Of a stretch of DNA of 64,000 nucleotides, positions 34,152-45,742 are shown one piece after another (positions within the stretch are counted from its first letter, which is position 1; each line of letters starts with the position of its first letter). Origin of the DNA: Heteronotia binoei. Lineage: Eukaryota. Under the pieces are notes generated by a model. That model worked only from the letters and a program-made list of their open reading frames with translations. It was not told the DNA's origin and did no database searches. Both the position numbers and the translations under genes were made by a program. The DNA lies in contig NC_083235.1 in assembly GCF_032191835.1 (NCBI RefSeq), positions 15,872,001 through 15,936,000 of the forward strand. Direction: 5' to 3'.

Positions 34152-34493
34152 ATCGGCTTGGCATGCAGAAAGTCTCAGGTTCAGTCCCCAGCATCTCCAG
34201 TTAAATAGATCAGGTGGTAGGTGATGCGAGAGACCTCTGCTTGAGACAAGTCTAGAGAGCTGCTTCCAGTCTGAGGCTGTGATCACACCCACTGAATAAT
34301 GCACTTTCAATCCACTTTCAATGCACTTTCCAATTGGATTTTACTTGTGAGAACTGGCAAAATCCAGTTGGAAAGCGCATTGAAAATGGATTGAAAGTGC
34401 ATTATTTAGCGGGTGTGATCGCAGGCTGAGTAGACAACACTGACGTTGATAGACCAAGGATCTGATTCAGTAGAAGGCAGCTTCATGTGTTGA
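34152..34493 (+). mobile_element. 5'-truncated tRNA-derived SINE carrying a nested palindromic MITE
   Basis: Colinear with the 50368 and 52967 copies once 34275-34429 is removed. Confidence 0.75.
34275..34426. mobile_element. 152-bp hairpin PIF/Harbinger-like MITE
   Basis: Arms are reverse complements end to end (GGCTGTGATCACACCC.../...GGGTGTGATCGCAGGC); 3-bp TSD TGA (34272-34274, 34427-34429) confirmed by the host SINE sequence. Confidence 0.85.
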
Positions 34494-36929
34494 AGCTGTG
34501 AAATATCTTGAATGAGTGCTTAGCAATAGCAGTGGGCTGGGTGAGGACCACTAACGTGAAGTTCAGTCAGATAATGTGAAGATATTGTTGGTCAGTAGGA
34601 GAGCTGATTAGAGAAATGGAATTCATCCTGTTCTGGACAGGGTATACTCAGCTTTAAAGAACCAGATTCAGTGTTGGGGAATATTATTACATTTATTGGT
34701 TCAGACAGATGCTCAGATCTCTCATATGAAGACTGCAGTGCCTTTAACCAGCTTTGGCTGTTTCATCAACTGCAGCTTTTCCTTAAAAAAAAAAAAAAGT
34801 CAGATCTTGGCCCTGGTTATCCATGCTGGGATCATGTCTTTGATAGGCGGCGGTCAGATGACAGTCTTGGTGCAGTCTGGCTGTGCCTCAATTTTATCTG
34901 GTGTTATTTGTTCTGGAGAGGTTTGTCCAGGGCCCTTTTTTGTAGAAAAAGCCCAGCAGGAACTCATTTTCATATTAGGCCAGGGCTGGTGCATGGGAGT
35001 AGGCAAAGTAGGTAGTTGCCTGGGGCGCCACCTGGCCTAGGGGCACCACTGGGTGCCTCCTCCCAGATACATTACTCTGGCTCCTGACCACTGTCACCTT
35101 GTTTTCTCCCATTACCAAGCTGCCCTCAACAAAGCAAAGCCACCCCCATCTCCCCAATGTGCGACTTGGTCTCCCACCTCATCCTATCCCGCCACCCTCT
35201 TTCCTGGTGTGGCCAGCAAGCACTTATTCTCACAATTTTTTTTATAACATATCACATTTAAAAAAAAATTAAAATTAAAAATCAGTAAATTAAAAATGTG
35301 AAAAGTTTCAAGTTTGGTGCTCTTCATTTTCCCTATATTTTTTGATAAAGGGGGGGGGGGGCGCTAGCGGATGATTTGTCTAGGGCACCAGAAAGCCTAG
35401 CACCGGCCCTGTATTAGGCCACACCCCCTGACATCACCATTGTTTTGCAAGGGAATTTTTTTGTAGAAAAAGTCCAGCAGAAGCTCATTTGCATATTAGG
35501 CCACACCTCCTGGTGCCAAGCCAGCTGGAACTGTGTTCCTGTGCATTCCTGCTCAAAAAAAAAAAGCCCTGGGTTTGTCCAAACATGCCACTCTTGGCCT
35601 CTCAGTCCAAACATCACCACCTCTGGCCTCTCAGTGGTCTGGAGATCAATTGTCATTCTGGGAGATTCCCAGGCTCCATCTGGAGTTGATAAAGGCAGAC
35701 AGGAGCCATGACAAAGTAGCTAAGATGTAGCAATACAGTAAACCCTATGTTGGTTCATTAAACACTAGAAAACAGCTTTCAATAGGTTATTACAAAATCA
35801 TACAATGATCCATCACTTTTCCATACTATTAAGGTCAGTCCAATATCTTGAAGATAATCTGTGCTCTCAGATCTTGCAATACTTGTCTTACAAAATGCTT
35901 GTGTAGTCCCAATAGCCAATAAAAGTCTTATTCAAATCTTGAGATGTTGTGAAGTTCTTCATTACTTGCTTCTCAATGATAAGTCATGGACCTGGAGAAT
36001 CAGGCCTCTGATGGTATGGTTGACTAAATCACTGTTTCCGAAGTCTTTATTGAAGAGGCATCATCAAAGGTCCTTCTAATTCCAAAAGGACAGACGTGTC
36101 TCAAGCAAGTAACATTGATACTTGCAACTTAAAATGCATTCTCCAAGCTGGTGGCTGGCTTGGCTTGGTGAAGTGATTTAAAGAGGCAAATGCCTTCTCC
36201 AAGCCAGCCAATGGAGTGGTAGGGCTTTGAGAGCCACACAATATGTGTGAAAGAGCCACATGTGGCTCTTGAGTCACCGTTTGGCCATCACTGTTCTAGA
36301 ATATTCCTTCCACTCATGACTACTGAGGTAAACAAAGGCAGCAACTTTGTGGTCTTCCTCCCCTTCACTAAGCCTTCAGCTGGAAGCCATTTATCTGAAG
36401 CGACAGCCATCGACCCAAAATGGCAAAACAGTACTGAAGAAATAAATCATTGAGCTTGACCAAGTGATGAAAACTCCTGCAGCAATACCAAATTCCTTTG
36501 AAACATCACCCAACTTCAGTGACTTTGATACTATCCATGATTGCTTTTCCATAAGTGGGAATAAAAACCTGAAGCCCGCTTAAGAGTCCTTGTAGAACAC
36601 AACTTCTTTCCTCCCACTAATTGGGTACAAAGAAACTGGGTACACTAATTGGGTACAAAGAAATCATCCTTCTGGGATTGATAATAAATCCCTCTGGGTA
36701 CAGTTTTCAAACCACTTAAACAAACCTACGGCTTTCCTCATGAAGGGCTTGATCAGGAAGTAGTGACATAAGTAGGGGGTGTTCGATCATCGCTTGGGAG
36801 ACATTATGATGTCCTGAAGCAGCTTAAGAAACCATAAAGCCAAGCAATCTGAGGAAGCTAACCATGTGAGAACTGGCAGAAGAGACGCGCGTTTTCTCCC
36901 TGTTCAGGTAGGATGGTGACATGCTAAGT

Positions 36930-37756
36930 CAGGGGTGGCTAAACTTGCTTAGTGCTACATAGAATAAATGTAAGATGTTTGAGAGCCACAAGACATGAAC
37001 ATCAGAATTTGAGAGCCAAAAGACCTCACCTGGAGTATTGTGTTCAGTTTTGGGCACCACATTTTAAGAAGGATATAGACAAGCTGGAATGGGTCCAGAG
37101 GAGGGTGACGAAGATGGTGAGGGGCCTGGATACCAAGTCCTATGAAGAAAGGTTGAAGGAGCTGGGCATGCTTAGCCTGGAGAGGAGATGGCTGAGAGGT
37201 GATATGATCACCATCTTCAAGTCCTTGAACGGCTGTCATATAGAGGATGGTGTGGAATTGTTTTCTGTGTCCCCAGAAGGTAGGACCAGAACCAACGTGT
37301 TGAAATTAAATCAGAAGAGTTTCCAGCTCAACATTAGGAAGAACCTCCTGACGGTTAGAGCGATTCCTCAGTGGAACAGGCTTCCTCAGGAGGTGGTGGG
37401 CTCTCCTTCCTTGGAGGTTTTTCAACAGAGGCTAGATGGCCATCTGACAGCAATGAAGATCCTGTGAATTTAGGGGGAGGTGTTTGTGAGTTTCCTGCAT
37501 TGTGCAGGGGGTTGGACTAGATGACCCTAGAGGTCCCTTCCAACTCTATGATTCTATGAAGGAAGGAAAATAGATGAGGGGAGGGAGGGAAAAGAAAGCA
37601 GCTTTAACTTTAAATGCATTCTCCAAGCTGATGCCTGGTTTGGCCTGGAGAAGTGATTCAAAGAGACAAATGCCTTCTCCAAGCTGGCTAGCAGGGCAGT
37701 GGGGGCTTCAAGAGCCACATGACATGTGTGAAGGAGCCACAGTTTGGCCATTGCTC
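36930..37756. mobile_element. hAT MITE (CAGGGGTGG family) interrupted by CR1
   Basis: Perfect 8-bp TSD tgctaagt (36922-36929, 37757-37764); colinear with 3490-3811. Confidence 0.8.
37021..37558 (+). mobile_element. Young CR1 LINE 3' fragment (open ORF2 C-terminus)
   Basis: [23 protein letters not shown]...[19 protein letters not shown]...[10 protein letters not shown], 3' UTR, ATTCTATG tail. Confidence 0.9.
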
Positions 37757-39829
37757 TGCTAAGTAATGAAACAGTGGCCTTTTCCTGTCTGACTCCTCGG
37801 CTTTGTCTTCCATAAGGTGGTCAGATGGCCCAGGGAACACGACAAGAAACCTCCTACCTAACTCTATGGGGTGATCTGGAGAAGGTGGGCAGCTTTGCTC
37901 TAGATTAAGGTGGGGTAAATGGGTTGAAATGATCTGGTCCATTAGAGAAACCAGAGATAGAAAAGTCTACCAAGTCATCATCTGCAATAAAATGATTTCC
38001 TAATTTCAACCTGGACTGTAAATATCCCATGCCACCTTACAGGAGTCCAGAGCGTGGTAATACTTTTAACGTACCGTTGAGAGAGAGAGAGAGAGAGAGA
38101 TGAAGGACAGGTCTTTATATTACAATTACTGTGGGGAATGCAAGCATTACGGGACATCTCCTGAAGAAAACATATAAAGTGTGGACATCATACAAGATGT
38201 CTGAGAGCTCTAGGTCAGGGTAAAACTGGAGGTCTAAAAGATGCCTGTAAACGTTCATAGGAAAGACACGCTTTCAGCAGCATCATTTCTGCTCTTCCAT
38301 CACCAGCACCCTCAATTGACCGAAAGCCTTCTGCTCCCTTAGAAGATTCATTCTCCATTGTCTCTAGAAACATACAAGGTGCCACCTCATTCTTCAAATT
38401 CCTTACCAAAACTCACCTTTTCAGAGAAGCTAGGTGCTAGTGGAAAGGACCATCAAGTCACACTTAACTTATGGTAGCCCTGTAGGGTTTCCAAAGCAAG
38501 AGACAAGCAGAGAGGCCATTGCCTGCCTCTGTGTTGCAACTTTGGACTTCCTTGGTAGTCTCCTATCCAAATACTAACTAATAATTATCCAAAATAATAC
38601 AAATTCAAATACCAATACGGATAATAAGCTACTGCTTAGCTTCCAAGATCAGATGAATTTGGGCTATCCTGGATGATTCAGATCAGGGCTCAGTGAAGCT
38701 TAATCCTTTCTAATAGTCCCCAATGGAAACGCATAACCTCATTATACTCAAAGAATCACAGAGTTGGAAGGGACCATAGAGGCCATCTAGTCCAAACCCC
38801 TGCCCAATGCAGGATCAGCCTAGAGTCTAAGCTATGGAGTCTTGTGAGTGAACATCCAGCTTTGAGAGCTACTGGCATTCAAGTTGTGAGCTACTGCACA
38901 AATAAGGTTGCTCTGGGGCCATTTTCCCTAAGACAAATATATGTGAGCCGGAGGCTAAAAAAACCTGTGAGCTAGCTCACACTAACTCAGCTTAGAGGGA
39001 ACAGTGCTTCTGAGATGTGACAAGATCAGTCTGTAGTATATTTATTATATATATTTATGTATGCAATGGAACGGCATGCTCCTCCCCTAATATCTGTGTC
39101 ATTTTAGTTTGTTTATTTATTTTATTCAATTTTTAGCCCGCCCTTCCCGTAGAACAGGCTCAGGGCAGGCTACATCATAAAAACAGTCAACAGTAAAAAC
39201 AGTAAAAGACCAATTTAAAATATATAAAATCTAAAATTACACAGACTAAAATTACAGACTAAAAAGTTTGGTCCTGTTAGGTACAGCTCTTGTTTCAGTT
39301 TCCAGTTTTGTATGTTAGCAGAAGTTGTTGGGGCTGCCTCCTTGCAAAATTCAGGGCTGATGCTTTAAGCCAGCGTCTCTCTGCTGAATGGACCTGAGAA
39401 CGGATGCCTGAGCGAGTACTCTAACCTGGGAACCCACAGCCAAAGGGGGACATTACACAGCCTAGCCTGGGCCAGCCTTTGGAATTTAGACCACCATAAG
39501 AAGGGATCTGATGGTGCCTGGATTATGGAACTCCCTCTCTTGTGGTAATTCTTAGTATGAAAACAGATCCAGGGCAAAGACTTAAATATCTCTCCCCCTC
39601 CGCCCCTTTAAACCATAGTCTCCATGGGTGCTTTCAGCTAAAAAAAAAAAAGTGAAGGAAAGCTGGATCAACACGTAGCAGGACTTCATTTTGATATTAC
39701 TCTGCATTGGCAAACCATCGCTGAATGTCTCTTACCTTGAAAACCCTACAGGGTCACCATAAGAACATAGTGACTTAAAGGCACTCTCTACTGCACCACC
39801 AGCTTTCTCACTGAAGAGATTTTTTCACA

Positions 39830-40780
39830 TAGAATCATAGAGTTGGAAGGGACCTCCAGGGTTATCTAGTCCAACCCCTTGCACAATGCAGGAAACTCAC
39901 AAACACCTCCCCCTAAATTCACAGGCTTGCTGTCAGATGATGAAGAAGATATTGGATTTATATCCCGTCCTCCACTCCGAAGAGTCTCAGAGCGGCTCAC
40001 AATCTCCTTTACCTTCCTCCCCCAGACTAGGATGGCCATCTAGCCTCTGTTTAAAAACCTCCAAGGAAGGAAAGCCCACCACCAAGGAGAGCCAGTTTGG
40101 TGTAGTGGTTAAGTGTGTGGACTCTTATCTGGGAGAAGCGGGTTTGATTCCCCACTCCTCCACTTGCACCTGCTAGCATGGCCTTGGGTCAGCCATAGCT
40201 CTGGCAGAGGTTGTCCTTGAAAGGGCAGCTGCAGTGAGAGCCCTCTCCAGCCCCACCCACCTCACAGGGTGTCTGTTGTTGGGGAGGAAGGTAAAGGAGA
40301 TTGTGAGCCACTCTGAGACTCTTCAGAGTGGAGGGCGGGATATAAATCCAATATCTTCATCTTCTTGAGGAAGCCTGTTCCACTGAGGAACCGCTCTAAT
40401 GGTCAGGAGGTTCTTCCTAATATTGAGCCAGAAATTCTTCTGATTTAATTTCAACCCATAGGTTCTGGTCCTACCTTCTGGGGCCACAGAAAACAATTCC
40501 ACACCATCCTTTATATGAAAGCCCTTCAGATACTTGGAAATGGTGATCAAATCACCTCTCAGCCTCCTCTCCAAGCTAAATATGCCCAGCTCCATCAACC
40601 TTTCCTCATAGGACTTGGTCTCCAGACCCCTCACCATCTTTGTCGCCCTCCTCTGGACCCCTTCCAACTTACTTATATCCTTCTTAAAATGTGGTGCCCA
40701 AAACTGAACACAATACTCCAGGTGAGGTCTTACTAGAGCAGAGTAAAATGATACCATCACTTCACATGATCCTGGAGTAA
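39830..40780 (-). mobile_element. CR1 3' fragment with two Squam3-like insertions (~39940-40025 minus; ~40087-40365 plus, full length)
   Basis: [19 protein letters not shown]... on minus strand; SINE head with A/B boxes at ~40090 and TTC tail at ~40365. Confidence 0.85.
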
Positions 40781-41175
40781 TTCTTGTCATGTGTCTTTTT
40801 AGGCAGACCATTTCTCACTGTCAGCTCAAGTACCTGTGGAAAGTGAGTTCCGTCCTCAAGATGTACAGAAATTTATCTGTTTTAATGGTGTATGTTTTTA
40901 TGCTGAACTGTTCTTTAAAAAAAAAAAAAGTAATCATATATCTGTGCCATCAAGTTACAACCAGTTTAGGGTAACATCTGAGTGGGGTTTTCAAAGCAAG
41001 AGATGAGCAGAGGTGGATTGCCATTACCTGCTTTTATGCAGCACCCCTGAACTTCCGTGGTGGTCACCCACTCAAGTATAAACCAGGGCTGGCACTGCTT
41101 AGCTTCTGATCAGCTTGGGCTAGTCTGGGCTATGCAGAATGGATTTTAATTAATGTACTTGAATGTTTTATTTAA

Positions 41176-41467
41176 GCAGCCCCGTGGCGCAGAGTGGTAA
41201 AGCTGCAGTGCTGCAGTCCAAGCTCTCGGCTCATGACCTGAGTTCGATCCTGGCAGAAGCTGGGTTCAGGAAGCCAGCTCGAGGTTGACTCAGCCTTCCG
41301 AGGTCAGTAAAATGAGTACCTGGCTTGCTGGGGTAAAGTGTAGATGACTGGGGAAGGCAATGGCAAACCACCCCGTAACAAAAAGTCTGCCATGAAAACG
41401 TTGTGATGCAATGCGACCCCAGAGTCGGAAACAGCCGGTGCTTGCACAGGGGACTACCTTTACCTTT
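41176..41467 (+). mobile_element. Sauria SINE
   Basis: Head gtggcgcagagtggtaaagctgcag, ACCTTT tail. Confidence 0.85.
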
Positions 41468-41939
41468 TAAAATGTTTTATTAATTTGGAAGCTGCCTCAG
41501 ACAGGTTTCTGGAGGGGTGGCATGAAAATGTTCTCTCTCTCTCATGGCCTGACCACTTGATATGTAGTTGTGAGTGTTGGCAGTAGGGTTGCCAAGTCCA
41601 ATTCAAGAAATATCTGGGGACTTTGGGGGTGGAGCCAGGAGCACAGTTGTGACAAGCATCATTGAACTCCAAAGGGAGTTCTGACTATCACATTTAAAGG
41701 GATTGAACACCTTTCAAATGCCTCCCCTTTTTAAAAAATAATGAAGGATAGGGGCACCTTCTTTGGGGCCTCATAGAATTGAACCCCCTGGTCCAAACTT
41801 TTTGTAACTTTGGGGGTATTTTGGAGAGAGGCACTGGATGCTATGCTGCAAATTTGGTGCCTGTACCTCAAAAAACAGCCACCTGAGCCCCAGATACTCA
41901 CAGATCAATTCTCTATTATACCCAATGCATTGCTGTGGA

Positions 41940-42379
41940 GAACCAAGTTTGACTCTAATCTGGGGAACCAGATTTGATTCCACACAAAATGTTCCCTCTA
42001 AGCTGTGGAGTCAAGTTTTGTACAAAAATTCTACTTTGTGAGCTACTGGCATTAAAATTGTGAGCGAGCAATTTGGCTACTGCAGATCAGTGTGCTCTGG
42101 GGCCATCCTTCCTCAGCTAAGGCAAAACTATGTGGAGGCTAAAACACTGTAAGCTCACACTAACTCAGCTTAGAGGGAACGCTAAGTCCTCCACATGGAG
42201 CTAGCTGGGCAATCTTGGGTCAGTCTCAGTTCTCTCAGAGCTGTTCTCTCAAGAGTAGTTCCTGTCAGAGCTCTCTCAGCCCCACCTACCTCACAGGGTG
42301 TCTGTTGTGAAGAGAGGAAAGGAAGCCGCTGTGAGACTCTGAATGAAAAGTGGGGTATAAATCCAACTCTTCTTCTTCT
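41940..42379 (+). mobile_element. Squam3-like SINE (interrupted by a hAT MITE at ~41990-42183) ending 18 nt upstream of the OR5C1-like ATG
   Basis: Degenerate head gactctaatctggggaaccagatttgattcc, body, tail ...ataaatccaactcttcttcttct directly before ccttcctaacAG. Confidence 0.75.
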
Positions 42380-42396
42380 CCTTCCTAACAGATCCA

Positions 42397-43320
42397 ATGG
42401 CACGTTACAACAGCACCCGGGTGACTGAATTCATCCTCCTGGGTTTCACTTCCAGACGTGACATTCAGCTCCTTCTCTTCAGCATCTTTCTACCCGTCTA
42501 CCTCCTCGGTCTGGTGGGGAACCTCTGCTTGGCCATCCTGATCCGGGCCGAACGGTCCCTGCACACGCCTATGTACTACTTCCTGAGCCATCTGGCCCTG
42601 ATAGACTTGTGCTCCTGCTGCACCGTGGCCCCCAAGATGCTCCTGGGTCTCTGGAAAGGCCAAGACACCACTCCTGTCCCAGCGTGTGCCCTTCAGATGT
42701 TCTTCTTCGCGGCTGCCTCAGACGCCGAGTGTTGCCTCTTGGCCGCCATGGCTTATGACCGCTACGCAGCCATCTGCCGCCCACTCCACTACGGAATGGC
42801 CATGCCGCAGTCCCTCTGTCGCCTCCTAGTGGCGGTGTCCTACACAGCAGGGGTGGCCTCCGGAGCCATCCACTCGAGCATGGCCTTTCGCCTGCCCTTC
42901 TGTGGAGCCCGCACTCTGGACCACTTTTTTTGCGACATCCCTCCCGTGCTAGCTTTGGCCTGCGCCAACACTAACCTGAACCAGCTCCTGCTCTTGACGG
43001 TCTGTGGGGCGATCCAGAGTGTCACTTTGGCGGCCATTATGGTTTCCTATGGAATGATCCTTTGTACGGTGGGGCGGGCAGGGTCTCAAAGAGCCGTATC
43101 CACTTGTGGCTCCCACCTGACAGCTGTGGGGGTGCTATACAGCACCCTCATTTTCATGTACCTGCGGCCTGACGGAACCTACGCCCCCCAGACTGACAAG
43201 ATGGCCTCTGTCTTCTACACAGTGGTCATCCCCACCCTAAATCCAGCCATCTACAGCCTCCGTAACGTTGACGTGAAGCAAGCGGTCCGGAGGAGATTCA
43301 GTAAGCAGAGTAGAACGTGA
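42397..43320 (+). CDS. OR5C1: Olfactory receptor, class II, family 5 (OR5C1-like), intact 307 aa, GC-rich
   Basis: Motifs NST, LHTPMYYFL, MAYDRYAAICRPLHY, STCGSHL, PTLNPAIYSLRN; LPVYL, ACALQMF, ECCLLAAMAYDRY, CG.IQ and TDKMASVFYT.VIP match recalled human OR5C1. Confidence 0.93.
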   Translation: MARYNSTRVTEFILLGFTSRRDIQLLLFSIFLPVYLLGLVGNLCLAILIRAERSLHTPMYYFLSHLALIDLCSCCTVAPKMLLGLWKGQDTTPVPACALQMFFFAAASDAECCLLAAMAYDRYAAICRPLHYGMAMPQSLCRLLVAVSYTAGVASGAIHSSMAFRLPFCGARTLDHFFCDIPPVLALACANTNLNQLLLLTVCGAIQSVTLAAIMVSYGMILCTVGRAGSQRAVSTCGSHLTAVGVLYSTLIFMYLRPDGTYAPQTDKMASVFYTVVIPTLNPAIYSLRNVDVKQAVRRRFSKQSRT

Positions 43321-43710
43321 AAGGAGGAGGACAAAGGGTCTTCAACTACACACAGTCCTCTTTTCAGAATTTAGCAGACAGAATTGCTTTATTAAGGAGG
43401 AGAAAGATGTGGGATGGAGTAGGAAACTTTAATTCAATTTGATGTAGATGTTAAGAGCAACAGACTGTAATCTGTAGAACTGGGTTTGATTCTCCACTCC
43501 TCCTCCACATACAGCCCCAGTTGAGTGTTCTTGGGTCAGTCACAGAGCTGTTCTCTCAAAAGCAGTTCTCTCAGAGCTCTCTCAGCCCCCCTGCCTCACA
43601 GGGTGTCTGTTGTGGGGAGAGGAGGGGAAAGGAGATTGTAAACTGCTCAGAGACAGCGAGAAAAAGGCAGCAAAAGGGTTAATATTTCCCTCTCCCTCAT
43701 ACCATTTATA

Positions 43711-44100
43711 AGAGCCTTGTGGCGCAGAGTGTTAAAGCTGCAGTACTGCAGTCCTAAGCTCTGCTCACGGTGGAAGTTTGATCCCCGGTGGAAGCTCACG
43801 GTCTGAGTTTGATCCCCGGTGGAAGCTGCAGTACTGCAGTCCTAAGCTCTGCTCACGGTCTGAGTTTGATCCCCGGTGGAAGCTGGGTTTTCAGGTAGCC
43901 AGCTCGAGGTTGACTCAGCCTTCCATCCTTCTGAGGTCGGTAAAATGAGTACCCAGCTTGCTGGGGGGAAAGTGTAGATGACTGGGGAAGGCGATGGCAA
44001 ACCACCCCGTAAAAAGTCTGTCGTGAAAACGTTGTGAAAGCAATGTCACCCCAGAGTCGGAAATGACTGGTGCTTGCACAGGGGACCTTTCCTTTCCTTT
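43711..44100 (+). mobile_element. Sauria SINE with internally amplified head
   Basis: Repeated agctgcagtactgcagtcctaagctctgctcacgg and gtttgatccccggtggaagct blocks; (CCTTT)n tail. Confidence 0.85.
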
Positions 44101-45122
44101 CCATACCATTCTCCTCTCTAGTAAAGCAATCCAGACAGCTGCATTTGTAAAAGAAAAAGTCGTTTAGGAAAGCATCTTGCAAAACCGCTAGAAAAATCTT
44201 GGCTCTTTTCCTGTCTTCTCCATTTTAATTTCACTTTATTTTTTTAGTGTTTTATTTCACTCTTAAGTTATTTCTCGGATTTAAGCAAATGTTATAGCAA
44301 ACATCCGCACAATGTAAAAAAAATGCAATAAAATATGAGATTTCAAGAGCTCCCACTGCTCCTATTTCACTGACATTACCTGTTCATGACAAAGCACGAG
44401 CCGACTTTTGTCATTCGTTTGGAGACATTTTATACCGCAATCCTGATCACAGTTATGAAGTTCTAAGTCCATTGATGTCAATGGACTTAGAACGGCTTGA
44501 GTCTCCTTAGGACTGCTCTGTCATAGCTTTTTTTTAAAAAATAGCATGTGTACATATAGCGCCCCACCTACACATATTTCCTTCCCATCTCCTTTTCACT
44601 GCTTATTTAGGTCATAAACATTGCCAACTGCGTATGCACTGTAACTGCACTATAAGCAGGGCATTTTTATGGCAGGAACTCCTTTGCAAATTAGGCCACG
44701 CCCCCTGATGTAGCCAATCCTAAAAGAGCTTACAGGGCTCTTAGGACAGGGCCTACTGTAAACTCCAGGAGGATTTGCTACATCAGGGGGGAGTGGCCTA
44801 ATATGCAAAGGATACAAAAAAAAAAGCCCTGCATGGTAGTCAGAGAAGTGCCTTCAACAGTGGGTTGGGGCTTTTTTTGTTTTGTAGACATGCATCAGGA
44901 ATCTGTGAGCAAACATTTTTGGCATTTTTGACCTCTGTGATTGCTTGTGAGTCAAGTTACGGATCTCCTTTTCTCTCGGTTCTTTGATTAGCATTCGCAA
45001 CAGCTTTGGGGCTGCACAGCTCTGGTGACACTTCCTTTCTTGCAATTTACACAGCAGCTGATATTGATTCTTCCACAAAGTCATGAAGGATTGAGTCAGG
45101 TATAGGGTGTAATGCCCTATAG

Positions 45123-45742
45123 CAGGGGTGTCAAACATGCGGCCCGGGGGCTGAATCAGGCCTTTGGAGGGCTCTTATCAGGCCCCCACGTAACTGGTTT
45201 TTGTCTGCTTCCTTCTCCCTCTCTCTTGTTTCCTTCTGCATCTCAGCTTTCTTTGCAAGGCTTCCTCAATCACACAGGAGCTAAAGAGCGAAACCTCAAT
45301 TTTCTCCATTGGTTGAGGCCCCTCTCCCTTCTGGTCCCCTGGGGAAGGAAGGAAAGAGCCAGAGCTTCCTTTGCCCAGTTCCCTGGATCCCATGGGAGAA
45401 ATGTAAAAAAAGCACCTTTAAGACCAACAAACGCTAATGTTTTAAGAAAGTTTTATTTTAAGGTGGGTTTTTTTGTGTGTGTTTGTTTGTGTTCTTTAAA
45501 AAGTTTATATCTCTACTACCCAGGGCTTCTTTTGTAGAAAAAGCCCAGCAGGAACTCTTTTGCATATTAGGCCACACCCCCTGATGACAAGCCAGCTGGA
45601 ACTGTGTTCCTGCTCAAAAAAAGCCCTGCTGCTACGTAATTTTACATAGGTACAGACATGGCCCAGCCTGACATGGCCTGGCCCAACCAGGAATCATTTA
45701 TATCAGATCCGGCCCTCAAAACAAATGAGTCTGACACCCCTG
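45123..45742. mobile_element. Complete hAT MITE (CAGGGGTGTCAAAC family) with nested 108-bp hAT MITE (45521-45628)
   Basis: Host has perfect TSD ccctatag (45115-45122, 45743-45750); nested element has TSD ctactacc/ctgctacg. Confidence 0.9.
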
